NCBI GenBank assembly: GCA_013166835.1
Contig: JABLTI010000064.1
Span: 1 to 15,491, forward strand
Length of the DNA: 15,491 nucleotides
Direction: 5' to 3'
Source of the DNA: Promethearchaeati archaeon
GTDB taxonomy: Archaea; Asgardarchaeota; Heimdallarchaeia; JABLTI01
A program made the position numbers and the translations under genes. The notes beneath the pieces are model-generated. The model saw only the letters and a program-made list of their open reading frames with translations, searched no databases and had not been told where the DNA came from. Positions 7,238 through 14,606 of the stretch are shown one piece after another (within the stretch, counting starts at the first letter, position 1; every line of letters starts with the position of its first letter).

Positions 7238-8395
7238 ATGAAGCAAGAACAATTAAGATACTTTCATTCGCAAAAACAATCACTTAGCATTAAAGCAAAC
7301 AAAACTGACTTTGGAAAAATAATCAAGGATCATATAGGATTGCATTCAACGGATTATTTAACACCATATTTCTCTTTATGGGCACGAGTTAAGAATTTTG
7401 ATCCTGCAGATTTATTCAATGCCATTTCTAAAGATAAAACAGCAGTGAGAATGAGAGCATTCCGAAGAACAGTTTTTGTAGTTCATCGCGAGAATTTGGA
7501 GATTATTATAGGGTCCATGATACTCTTCCTTGACAAACATAAGCGGAATAACATAAAAGATATGGAAAAGATGGGTATGGAAGAGGGAAGTTATGAGAGG
7601 ATGAGAGAGGACCTCATAAAATTACTAAGAAAAGAATCTCCATTAACAACAAGTCAAATTAAGAAAAAATTATCAAGTAAATGGTCAGGTGAATGGATTA
7701 AAGCATCTCTTCATCTACTAGAATTTGAGGGTATGATTGCTAGAATAGGTCAACGATACATAAATGATAGAACCATAAAATATGGTTTATTTGAAGATTA
7801 TATTCAGGAATTAAAAAGGGAAACATTCGATACTGAGAAATCACTTAAGATGCTTTTCAGGAAATATATTCAGCAATTTGGGCCAATAACAGTTGATGAT
7901 TTTAGTTGGTGGTTACCCTTAACCAAAACACAAACGAAAAACATCATTGATTCTATGAGAGATGATATCGAAGAGTTCGAGTTTAATTCTAATCAATATT
8001 TAATGCTCAAAGATGATTATAAGAACTTGATGAATCTTGATGAGTCAAAAATTGACTTTCCAGTTGTAAATTTCCTTCCTTATGAGGATCACTTTGTTAA
8101 AGCATATAAAATAAGGAATTGGTATCTTTCAGGTGAAATTTTTCCGAAATTAAACATAGTTGGAACCATACATATGGGACAAATTCGACCATCCATCTGG
8201 GTGAATGGTGCAATTAAGGGTCGATGGGAGATTGATTTTGTTGATGCTAAAAAAACCGAAATGAAAGTAGAAATTGTCCATTTAGAGAGAGAAATTAGTA
8301 AATCTAAAGATTTAACTCAATTAATTGGAGAACAAAAGAAAGAACTTGAACATTTTGCGAATGAAAAATTAATACCATTAATGAAAAAGAATTAA
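7238..8395 (+). CDS. AlkZ/YcaQ-like (HTH_42, winged-helix) DNA glycosylase family protein
   Basis: Motifs GLHSTDYLTPYFSLWARV, R.RAFRRTVFVV, KYIQQFGPITVDDFSWW, FLPYEDHF and PSIWVNGAIKGRW. Length is 385 aa. Confidence 0.85.
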   Translation: MKQEQLRYFHSQKQSLSIKANKTDFGKIIKDHIGLHSTDYLTPYFSLWARVKNFDPADLFNAISKDKTAVRMRAFRRTVFVVHRENLEIIIGSMILFLDKHKRNNIKDMEKMGMEEGSYERMREDLIKLLRKESPLTTSQIKKKLSSKWSGEWIKASLHLLEFEGMIARIGQRYINDRTIKYGLFEDYIQELKRETFDTEKSLKMLFRKYIQQFGPITVDDFSWWLPLTKTQTKNIIDSMRDDIEEFEFNSNQYLMLKDDYKNLMNLDESKIDFPVVNFLPYEDHFVKAYKIRNWYLSGEIFPKLNIVGTIHMGQIRPSIWVNGAIKGRWEIDFVDAKKTEMKVEIVHLEREISKSKDLTQLIGEQKKELEHFANEKLIPLMKKN

Positions 8396-9141
8396 TGAGT
8401 TAATTTTTCTGGCAGCTCAACTTCTTCAAATTTATCTTCTTTCATTTTTTGATGAATAACGAATATTGTGCTTCCAAGCCAGAAGAAATATAGAATCGAA
8501 GCTATCGATGCCATAAAGATTAGTACACTACCAAAACCTGAAGGGATAAAGACACCTAGTTGTCCTAGACCAAGTATTGCTGTGAATATCGCTAACCAAG
8601 TTGAGGTTTCTTTTGTTAACTGATATTTGAAGCTAAGAAATCCAAAACTTCCTGTTCCAATTGTGAATAATAGGATGTAAGCAATCACTTGAAAGATATT
8701 AATATAGAAAATCCAATTCTCAAACTTTGCCAGTAATAGAGATTTCAATGGTTCAATAGCCACATAATAATCTGGAGCAATTTGGAAAATTATAATTAAC
8801 TTCGGGATAATTAAACCAATTATTAAGAGTGAACTAACGATAGAAGTAATTGTTGGTAAAAGTAACCAATTTTTAACTTCTTGTCTAATTTTAGAATAAA
8901 AAACAAAGAACAAACTAATTGTTGCAGGTAAAATAAAAACTGCACTGATTAAAACCATCAAAGAATCAATTGTATGAATGACCATTCCATCTACATAATT
9001 TAGGAGGAGTTCAGGATAACCGCCTTCAGGTAATTGTCGAGTAATAAGGAAACTTGTAACTAATTTACCAATGAAAGAAACTACTACGATTGCTATTGAA
9101 ATTAATCCCATATAATCAATGATACTTTTTTTTCTAGTCAA
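8392..9141 (-). CDS. DUF4386-like multi-pass membrane protein (paralog of 9242..9961)
   Basis: TTG start with GAGGAG SD at 9150-9155 (minus strand). About 6 TMs. WLAIFTAILGLGQLG and FQIAPDY align with the neighbouring gene. Confidence 0.7.
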   Translation of the reverse strand: MTRKKSIIDYMGLISIAIVVVSFIGKLVTSFLITRQLPEGGYPELLLNYVDGMVIHTIDSLMVLISAVFILPATISLFFVFYSKIRQEVKNWLLLPTITSIVSSLLIIGLIIPKLIIIFQIAPDYYVAIEPLKSLLLAKFENWIFYINIFQVIAYILLFTIGTGSFGFLSFKYQLTKETSTWLAIFTAILGLGQLGVFIPSGFGSVLIFMASIASILYFFWLGSTIFVIHQKMKEDKFEEVELPEKLTH

Positions 9142-9190
9142 ATCAAAAACTCCTCAACTATCCACTAAATTATGTTAGCTTCTCGAATAG

Positions 9191-9219
9191 ATAGGAACAA
9201 TTCCTATTAAATAGCTTTC
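9191..9219 (-). promoter_or_regulatory. BRE-TATA promoter with overlapping 17-bp palindromic operator candidate
   Basis: Minus strand reads GAAAGC-TATTTAATA. A perfect inverted repeat ATAGGAA-caa-TTCCTAT at 9191-9207 overlaps the downstream edge of the TATA box. Confidence 0.5.
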
Positions 9220-9241
9220 CAACAAAATTGAAAAGAAGGAA

Positions 9242-9961
9242 TTACATCCCTTCTACTGCTTTCGCATCTTTTTCTTTCCGGATGATCATGATTATACCTA
9301 TTGCTATCATCCAAACCAGCATTAGTCCCAAAGAAATCATCGTTACAATATCAAATACTTGTTTTACTACTCCGGTGCCCAAAGTTCCAAGTAAACCTAG
9401 ACCTAAAACGCCAGTACCAATAGCTAACCAGTTTATCCATTTTGGTAGGATTGATCGCTTCAAATCTATGATAGCAAGTATTGCCAATCCAGTAGTTAAA
9501 GTCAATATTGTTCCAATAATTATGAAAAAGTCTTCAATAACTCTCAATGTGTGCGTTAAGACTTGTAGAGACGCTAGAACCGATGGATCGCTTTCAGCAA
9601 TATATACAGGAGCAATAAAATGTGAGATAACTAAAGGAATAACATAAGCTAAGGTTAGAAGTACAACTCCATGATAGATGATTGCTGCCGGAATCCATTG
9701 CATTGGACCTTCCTTTCGTAATAGTTGATAATAACCAAGAATAGCTGGAATTGTAAATAGAGATCCTAAGATACCAAACCATCCGTATACTGACATTAAT
9801 CCTTTTACTGCATTCCAATCTAAGATATATTGATCCATTGTAGCTAAACTCTCAGGTTTGCTAATTCCTGCGATAAGAATGAAAATAACAGTACCAATAT
9901 AGCTAACTGCTGCAATAATAGAACTAATACCACAAATTTTGATGAATTTATCATTCGTCAT
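9242..9961 (-). CDS. DUF4386-like multi-pass membrane protein
   Basis: Motifs ICGISSIIAA, FTIPAILGYYQLLR and ILPKWINWLAIGTGVLGL. About 6 TMs. Confidence 0.72.
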   Translation of the reverse strand: MTNDKFIKICGISSIIAAVSYIGTVIFILIAGISKPESLATMDQYILDWNAVKGLMSVYGWFGILGSLFTIPAILGYYQLLRKEGPMQWIPAAIIYHGVVLLTLAYVIPLVISHFIAPVYIAESDPSVLASLQVLTHTLRVIEDFFIIIGTILTLTTGLAILAIIDLKRSILPKWINWLAIGTGVLGLGLLGTLGTGVVKQVFDIVTMISLGLMLVWMIAIGIIMIIRKEKDAKAVEGM

Positions 9962-10098
9962 AGGAAATATTTGATTAGATTTCCTCTTATTTAGTTTGTG
10001 CTTTTTTATCTAATGCATTAGGATTCTTGAGATACATTTAATTTACTTAATTAGCAAAAAGCTAAAAGAGACCATTTGTCTATTGATTCCATAGGATT

Positions 10099-11091
10099 GT
10101 GAAAAGTACGAAGGCTACTGCTTTAGCTAATTCCAACACTGCCTTGATCAAGTATTGGGGAAAACAAGATGAAAAACTAATACTTCCAATGACTAATAGT
10201 ATTTCATTAACAGTTGATTCTTTATCTACTACAACTACTGTTGAATTCTCAGAAAAATACCAAGAAGATCATTTCTTTCTTAACGATGAGAAACAAACAG
10301 GAACTGCGGAGAATCGAGTGATTGAACATTTAAATTTACTTAGGTCAAAAGCCAAGATGAATTTGAAAGCAAAAGTCATGTCTCGAAATAATTTTCCAAC
10401 AGCAGCAGGTTTAGCTTCTTCAGCATCTGGCTTCGCAGCATTAACAGTAGCATCCTGTAAAGCATTAGATTTGAAGTTAAATCAAAAAGAACTTTCCATG
10501 CTTTCCAGAAGAGGTTCCGGTTCGTCTGCAAGATCTATTTTTGGTGGATTTGTTGAGTGGATAAAAGCTGATGAAGCAAGTGAATCTTATGCAAAACAAT
10601 TAGCAAATAAAGATCACTTCGATATGCGAGATATAGTTGTTATATTTAAGCAACAAAAACGCGAATTTTCTACTCGAGAAGCAATGAAGATTTCAAAAGA
10701 AACAAGTCCAATGTTTAAAGCTCGTTTAGATGTTGTAGAAACATCTTTGGATAAAATGAGAAAAGCAATAGAACAAAGGGATTTTACATTGCTTGGTCAA
10801 ACTGCTGAAGCAGATTGTAATTTAGTACACTCAATTGCTTTAACATCTAAACCTAAACTCTCGTTTTGGATAGATGAAACTGTAAAGATAATCAATCTTA
10901 TCAAGGATTTTCGAAAGGGAGGAATTGCGGCTTATTATACGGTGGATACTGGTTCAAATATGCATATCTTGACTCTTCCTCAATTTGCTGCTGAAATAGA
11001 AATGATTTTGAATAGAATACCATATATTGTAAAAACGGTTGTTTGTAAACCAGGTGATGGGGCAAAAATAATTGATAATCACCTATTTTAA
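10099..11091 (+). CDS. mvaD: Diphosphomevalonate decarboxylase family (MvaD/MVD, GHMP superfamily)
   Basis: Motifs ANSNTALIKYWGK, LPMTNSISLT, NNFPTAAGLASSASGFAAL and RRGSGSSARSIFGGFVEW, with the catalytic Asp in YTVDTGSN. GTG start with AGGA upstream. Confidence 0.9.
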   Translation: MKSTKATALANSNTALIKYWGKQDEKLILPMTNSISLTVDSLSTTTTVEFSEKYQEDHFFLNDEKQTGTAENRVIEHLNLLRSKAKMNLKAKVMSRNNFPTAAGLASSASGFAALTVASCKALDLKLNQKELSMLSRRGSGSSARSIFGGFVEWIKADEASESYAKQLANKDHFDMRDIVVIFKQQKREFSTREAMKISKETSPMFKARLDVVETSLDKMRKAIEQRDFTLLGQTAEADCNLVHSIALTSKPKLSFWIDETVKIINLIKDFRKGGIAAYYTVDTGSNMHILTLPQFAAEIEMILNRIPYIVKTVVCKPGDGAKIIDNHLF

Positions 11092-11121
11092 TAATTGAAT
11101 AATTACATATTACTGATTAAA

Positions 11122-12072
11122 ATGACAGTAGTTAGTTCAGCTCCTGGAAAATTAATCCTCTTCGGAGAACATGCAAGTAGCAGAGGAAAACCTGCAATTG
11201 TTTTTGCTGTAAACTCGAGATTAACTGTTATTCTTAAAGAACATAATTATCCGAATAAAAACATCCTTCTTACTAGTAGAGATTTCAATGTTCAACGAGC
11301 AGAATATCCATCTGGTAGATTAAATATTGTTAGTAAAGTAATTTCTACTTTTTTTGAAGAGACTCATCTTAACCCAGAGCAGTTTCAATTAATAATTAAA
11401 TCTAGAATTAAGCCCGGTTTTGGTAGCTCTGCAGCAGTAATTGCGAGCGTGTTAGGAGCTCTCAATTCTTATTATGAAACTAATTTTTCTAACAGAGAAT
11501 TATTGCGTTTAGGTATAAAGGCAAATTATGAGATTAAGGGGTATGGTAGTGGTTTAGATATTGCTGCTTCAATTTATGGTGGATTAATTAAATATCAAGT
11601 TGATTTAGAACCCGAGTATCTACCTTTTGAAAAATTAGAGTTAATTGTTGGGAATACTGGAAAAAAAGCACCAAGTGGTCCTATAGTAAAATCTGTGAAA
11701 GAGATGGAAGCAACTAGTCCAAAGGAAATAGAAGAAATTTTCAATGAAATAGAACAAATAACAAACGATGCAGAACATGCTATTAAACAAAAAGATCTAC
11801 AAAAAATAGGTCAATTGATGAATGATAATCAAGAATTGCTTAGAAAACTCAATGTTAGTTCTGATGTGATAGAAGAAATGATTCAGTCAGCACTAAATGC
11901 TGGTGCTATTGGGGGGAAAATATCTGGAGCCGGAATTGGTGATAATATATTAGTTTTAGCTCCAAGTGAAAAGAGAGAACAAGTAATTAATGCTCTTAAT
12001 AAGACAAAGGGAAAAGCATTACACTATATTCAAATTGAAAAAAATGGACTAATGGTTTCGAGTGAAAAATAA
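11122..12072 (+). CDS. Mevalonate-pathway GHMP kinase: mevalonate-kinase-like N-terminus with phosphomevalonate kinase signatures
   Basis: Motifs SAPGKLILFGEH, GFGSSAA, ANYEIKGYGSGLDIAASIYGG, GNTG, IGQLMNDNQELL and KISGAGIGD. Probable start is the ATG at 11122, not the TTG at 11095. Lies directly downstream of mvaD. Confidence 0.85.
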   Translation: MTVVSSAPGKLILFGEHASSRGKPAIVFAVNSRLTVILKEHNYPNKNILLTSRDFNVQRAEYPSGRLNIVSKVISTFFEETHLNPEQFQLIIKSRIKPGFGSSAAVIASVLGALNSYYETNFSNRELLRLGIKANYEIKGYGSGLDIAASIYGGLIKYQVDLEPEYLPFEKLELIVGNTGKKAPSGPIVKSVKEMEATSPKEIEEIFNEIEQITNDAEHAIKQKDLQKIGQLMNDNQELLRKLNVSSDVIEEMIQSALNAGAIGGKISGAGIGDNILVLAPSEKREQVINALNKTKGKALHYIQIEKNGLMVSSEK

Positions 12073-12081
12073 GAAAATATG

Positions 12082-12109
12082 AAAAAAAAGGAATTAATGT
12101 TAAATTCCT
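12082..12109 (-). terminator. Hairpin plus U-tract terminator candidate between convergent kinase and FTR genes
   Basis: Stem-loop AGGAATT-aatgtta-AATTCCT (12089-12109) adjacent to an A8 run (12082-12089), which reads as hairpin then U8 on the minus strand just after the FTR stop codon. Confidence 0.5.
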
Positions 12110-12114
12110 CTAGT

Positions 12115-12471
12115 TTAGTCAATCCATTGTTCTTCTGGTCGTCGCTCTGGAATACCTTGAGGCATTTTACCAGTAGCATGAAATTCTGGTGTAGTATAAA
12201 GTCCACAATAACAATGACCAAATTCTTCTTGATCTGGTACACAGTAAACACACGGACACAACACATCAGAATCAACTTCTTTGTTACCTTCAATTAATCT
12301 GCATGGGCAACCAAAATACCCATGAGTGTTGTAGTTAGATGTTAATCCTTCGATAAGAATTTCAAGAAATTCTTTATCTGGATGTAAATGCCATCCTTGT
12401 TTTTCAGCAACCATTTCTATGAATTTACGAACTTCTTTTTTTGTTTTTTCCTTTTTAGGTGGGGGCATCAT
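12115..12471 (-). CDS. Ferredoxin:thioredoxin reductase catalytic (beta) subunit family
   Basis: Three Cys motifs GCPCR, LCPCVY and GHCYCGLY, plus C-terminal IPERRP. Adjacent to a glutaredoxin gene. Confidence 0.92.
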   Translation of the reverse strand: MMPPPKKEKTKKEVRKFIEMVAEKQGWHLHPDKEFLEILIEGLTSNYNTHGYFGCPCRLIEGNKEVDSDVLCPCVYCVPDQEEFGHCYCGLYTTPEFHATGKMPQGIPERRPEEQWID

Positions 12472-12495
12472 TTATACACTCATTTACAATTTTTC

Positions 12496-12801
12496 TTAAG
12501 CTTCTAGAAATGCATCTTTCCATTTAGCTTCTGTGAAACCAACCAAAACTTTATCTCCACCGTCAACCACGACGAATGGGAATCCTAATCTTTCTTCGAA
12601 TTTATCTCTTAAATCACGTTTGAGTTTCATTCTTTCATCAGGTTTAAGTTGATCTACATAGATGTATCTAAAAGTTATTTTGTTGTTCCTTAAGAAATCT
12701 AATCCTCTTTTACAGAAACCACACGTTGACAAAGCATATACTTGTATGTCGCAAGGATTCTTTTCTCCTTCTTCTTTAACGAAATTTAAATTTTCATGCA
12801 T
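12496..12801 (-). CDS. Glutaredoxin/NrdH-like redoxin (CGFC)
   Basis: Motifs YALSTCGFCKR, the cis-Pro motif GFPFVVV and VLVGF. GAGG SD upstream. Confidence 0.9.
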   Translation of the reverse strand: MHENLNFVKEEGEKNPCDIQVYALSTCGFCKRGLDFLRNNKITFRYIYVDQLKPDERMKLKRDLRDKFEERLGFPFVVVDGGDKVLVGFTEAKWKDAFLEA

Positions 12802-12826
12802 TGATTTTAACCTCGAATTGCTGTCA

Positions 12827-12862
12827 AAAGAAGATTCTTCTTTAATATAATAAAAGCTTCTG
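12827..12862 (-). promoter_or_regulatory. BRE-TATA promoter of the grx-ftr operon with perfect 17-bp palindrome
   Basis: Minus strand reads CAGAAGC-TTTTATTA (12862-12848), followed by the palindrome AAAGAAGA-t-TCTTCTTT (12827-12843). Confidence 0.55.
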
Positions 12863-12923
12863 AGAAAGAAAATTAAGTTATAGCTACTGTAAACAAAATA
12901 AAATTAATACAAATTTACTTTTC

Positions 12924-13070
12924 TTATTCTACAGGAGCTTCTTCCGCCTTTTTCTTCTTCTTTCTTCTTTGTGTAAGGGCTAGAATTAATCCAAATGTCA
13001 AAATAAAAACCATGAAGCTACCAAAAATAATCAAATACAACCAAGGTTCACTTGCTGCCAAATTAACCAT
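12924..13070 (-). CDS. 48-aa single-pass membrane microprotein with polybasic tail
   Basis: MVNLAASEPWLYLIIFGSFMVFILTFGLILALTQRRKKKKKAEEAPVE. An AGGAG SD at 13081-13085 (minus strand) supports the ATG at 13070 over the listed start at 13148. Confidence 0.65.
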   Translation of the reverse strand: MVNLAASEPWLYLIIFGSFMVFILTFGLILALTQRRKKKKKAEEAPVE

Positions 13071-13181
13071 TTCAACATATCTCCTATAACTGCATTTTTT
13101 AATATGTTTATTAGCTTCATTGTTTTTTAATCCATCGAAGAAAAACATCTGTTTTTCAAAAAACTGCTTTTCTTTATTAAT

Positions 13182-13225
13182 CGATAAATTTTAAATGGAT
13201 TCACTTTTTTGTTATGTTATAACAA
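13182..13225 (+). promoter_or_regulatory. BRE-TATA promoter of the ferritin-like gene with downstream palindrome
   Basis: CGATAAA-TTTTAAAT (13182-13196) followed by TTGTTAT-gtt-ATAACAA (13209-13225). Confidence 0.55.
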
Positions 13226-13241
13226 TATGTGAGTGTTTGCA

Positions 13242-13721
13242 ATGCCTGATAAAGAATTAATAGATTTTATAGAAGAGCAAATAGTTCTGGAGAAAAAAAT
13301 CGTCGATATTTCTAAAAAAAGTGTCGATGATATAAAGAATGTCTTAGTAAGAGAACTCATTAGAGGGATAACTATGGATTCTAAAAAACACGCTTTACTT
13401 CTCACAGCATTAAAAGGAATGCTTGAAGGACCAACTCCTTTAATTGAGGAAGAGAATTTTGATGTGATAAAAGAAACCATTGAGAAACACATTGAACTTG
13501 AAGCAAAAGCAATTGATACTTACAGAAGTTTACTCAAAGCATACATTGATGATGAAAGAGTCAAAATGATCATTAGTGAAATTCAAAAAGATGAAATCCG
13601 TCATCATGCATTCTTACAAGTATTATTAAAAGTAATAGTTGAGAAAGAAACTTTGACTAAAGATTTACTTGAAGATTGGTTATTCAAATATGCCCCTTTC
13701 CATGGTTCTCCTGGTGGATAA
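13242..13721 (+). CDS. Ferritin-like (rubrerythrin-type four-helix bundle) protein
   Basis: Internal two-fold repeat EEQIVLE...ITMDSKKHA and EKHIELE...IQKDEIRHH, with metal-ligand E...(D/E)xxH patterns. No rubredoxin domain. Likely start is the ATG at 13242. Confidence 0.8.
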   Translation: MPDKELIDFIEEQIVLEKKIVDISKKSVDDIKNVLVRELIRGITMDSKKHALLLTALKGMLEGPTPLIEEENFDVIKETIEKHIELEAKAIDTYRSLLKAYIDDERVKMIISEIQKDEIRHHAFLQVLLKVIVEKETLTKDLLEDWLFKYAPFHGSPGG

Positions 13722-13751
13722 CCAAAGGGAAGCAAAGAAAATATTTGAGAT

Positions 13752-14606
13752 CTAAAGGAATTTTTTCGCAAATTTCTTCAGGTCTCGTTCTCTTTTAAAA
13801 AGAGGTTCATTACTTTTTTGATATAAATCATGTTTCTCAAGGAAAGTTGGTTTATCCTTTACATAGAAGATGCCCAGTGGGAATTTTTCTATTTCTGAAG
13901 CTCTTCTCAGTGCTTCAAATCGATCTGTAGGATCATGACTTTCTTCTAAATAGTAAACCCGTTCTTTGAACCATTGATAGGTGTTTAATTTATTAAAAGA
14001 AACACATGGTTGCAAGATATCTAGCAAAGCGTAACCTTTGTGTTGAATTGCTTGTTTCATCATTTCTTTCATATGCTTTGTATCGCCTGCATAAGTTCTT
14101 GCGACAAATGAAGCATCAAGACCAATAGCTATTGTTAATGGATTAAATGGATCAAGAATAACTCCTTCAACTTGTACACCAGTCTTCATCCCAATTCGAG
14201 ATGTTGGAGAGGCTTGTCCTTTAGTAAGACCATAAATCATGTTATTGTGAACGATATTAGTAATGTCAGGATTTCTTCTCACAGTATGTATGAAATGATT
14301 TCCACCTTCTCCGTAAGAGCACCCATCTCCACTCTCAGCAATAACAATTAGATTTGGATTCGCAGCTTTAATTGCCCAAGCTGGGGGTAGTGATCTTCCA
14401 TGTAAGCCATTGAAGTAATTACATTTTAAGTATTGAGGTATTTTAGCTGCTTGTCCTATTCCAGAAACCATAACGAGGTCTTTTGGTTGTATATCTAATT
14501 CAACAAGTGTTTCTTGAAGTGTTGTTAGAATTGGATAATCACCACATCCCGGACACCAAGAAATATCAATGTCACCCATATCGAATCTGTTTGTTTTCTT
14601 GCTCAT
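13752..14606 (-). CDS. korB: 2-oxoacid:ferredoxin oxidoreductase beta subunit (TPP-binding)
   Basis: Motifs WCPGCGD, VSGIGQ, LHGR, SGDG...[20 protein letters not shown] and LQPCVSFN. Its start overlaps the alpha-subunit stop (ATGA). Substrate specificity cannot be determined from the sequence. Confidence 0.92.
   Translation of the reverse strand: MSKKTNRFDMGDIDISWCPGCGDYPILTTLQETLVELDIQPKDLVMVSGIGQAAKIPQYLKCNYFNGLHGRSLPPAWAIKAANPNLIVIAESGDGCSYGEGGNHFIHTVRRNPDITNIVHNNMIYGLTKGQASPTSRIGMKTGVQVEGVILDPFNPLTIAIGLDASFVARTYAGDTKHMKEMMKQAIQHKGYALLDILQPCVSFNKLNTYQWFKERVYYLEESHDPTDRFEALRRASEIEKFPLGIFYVKDKPTFLEKHDLYQKSNEPLFKRERDLKKFAKKFL

Noticed and set aside
9228-9818. ORFs 9228..9647 (+) and 9594..9818 (-)
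   Set aside because: They are antisense or alternate-frame overlaps of the DUF4386-like gene.
491-12072. A single lipid-biosynthesis gene cluster joining the activase cassette and the MVA genes
   Set aside because: They are separated by about 6.5 kb of unrelated genes on both strands. Proximity alone does not show co-regulation without synteny data.
12115-12801. Selenocysteine in the Grx or FTR redox motifs
   Set aside because: All motif positions are Cys codons, with no in-frame TGA, and I recognised no SECIS-like element.
5093-13754. Genome-wide TAG reassignment (all TAG read as sense)
   Set aside because: korB ends at a TAG (13752-13754) at a plausible family C-terminus, and readthrough would run into the convergent ferritin-like gene. 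The other TAG stops (5093, 7212) are followed shortly by TAA and are uninformative. One internal TAG is not enough support.
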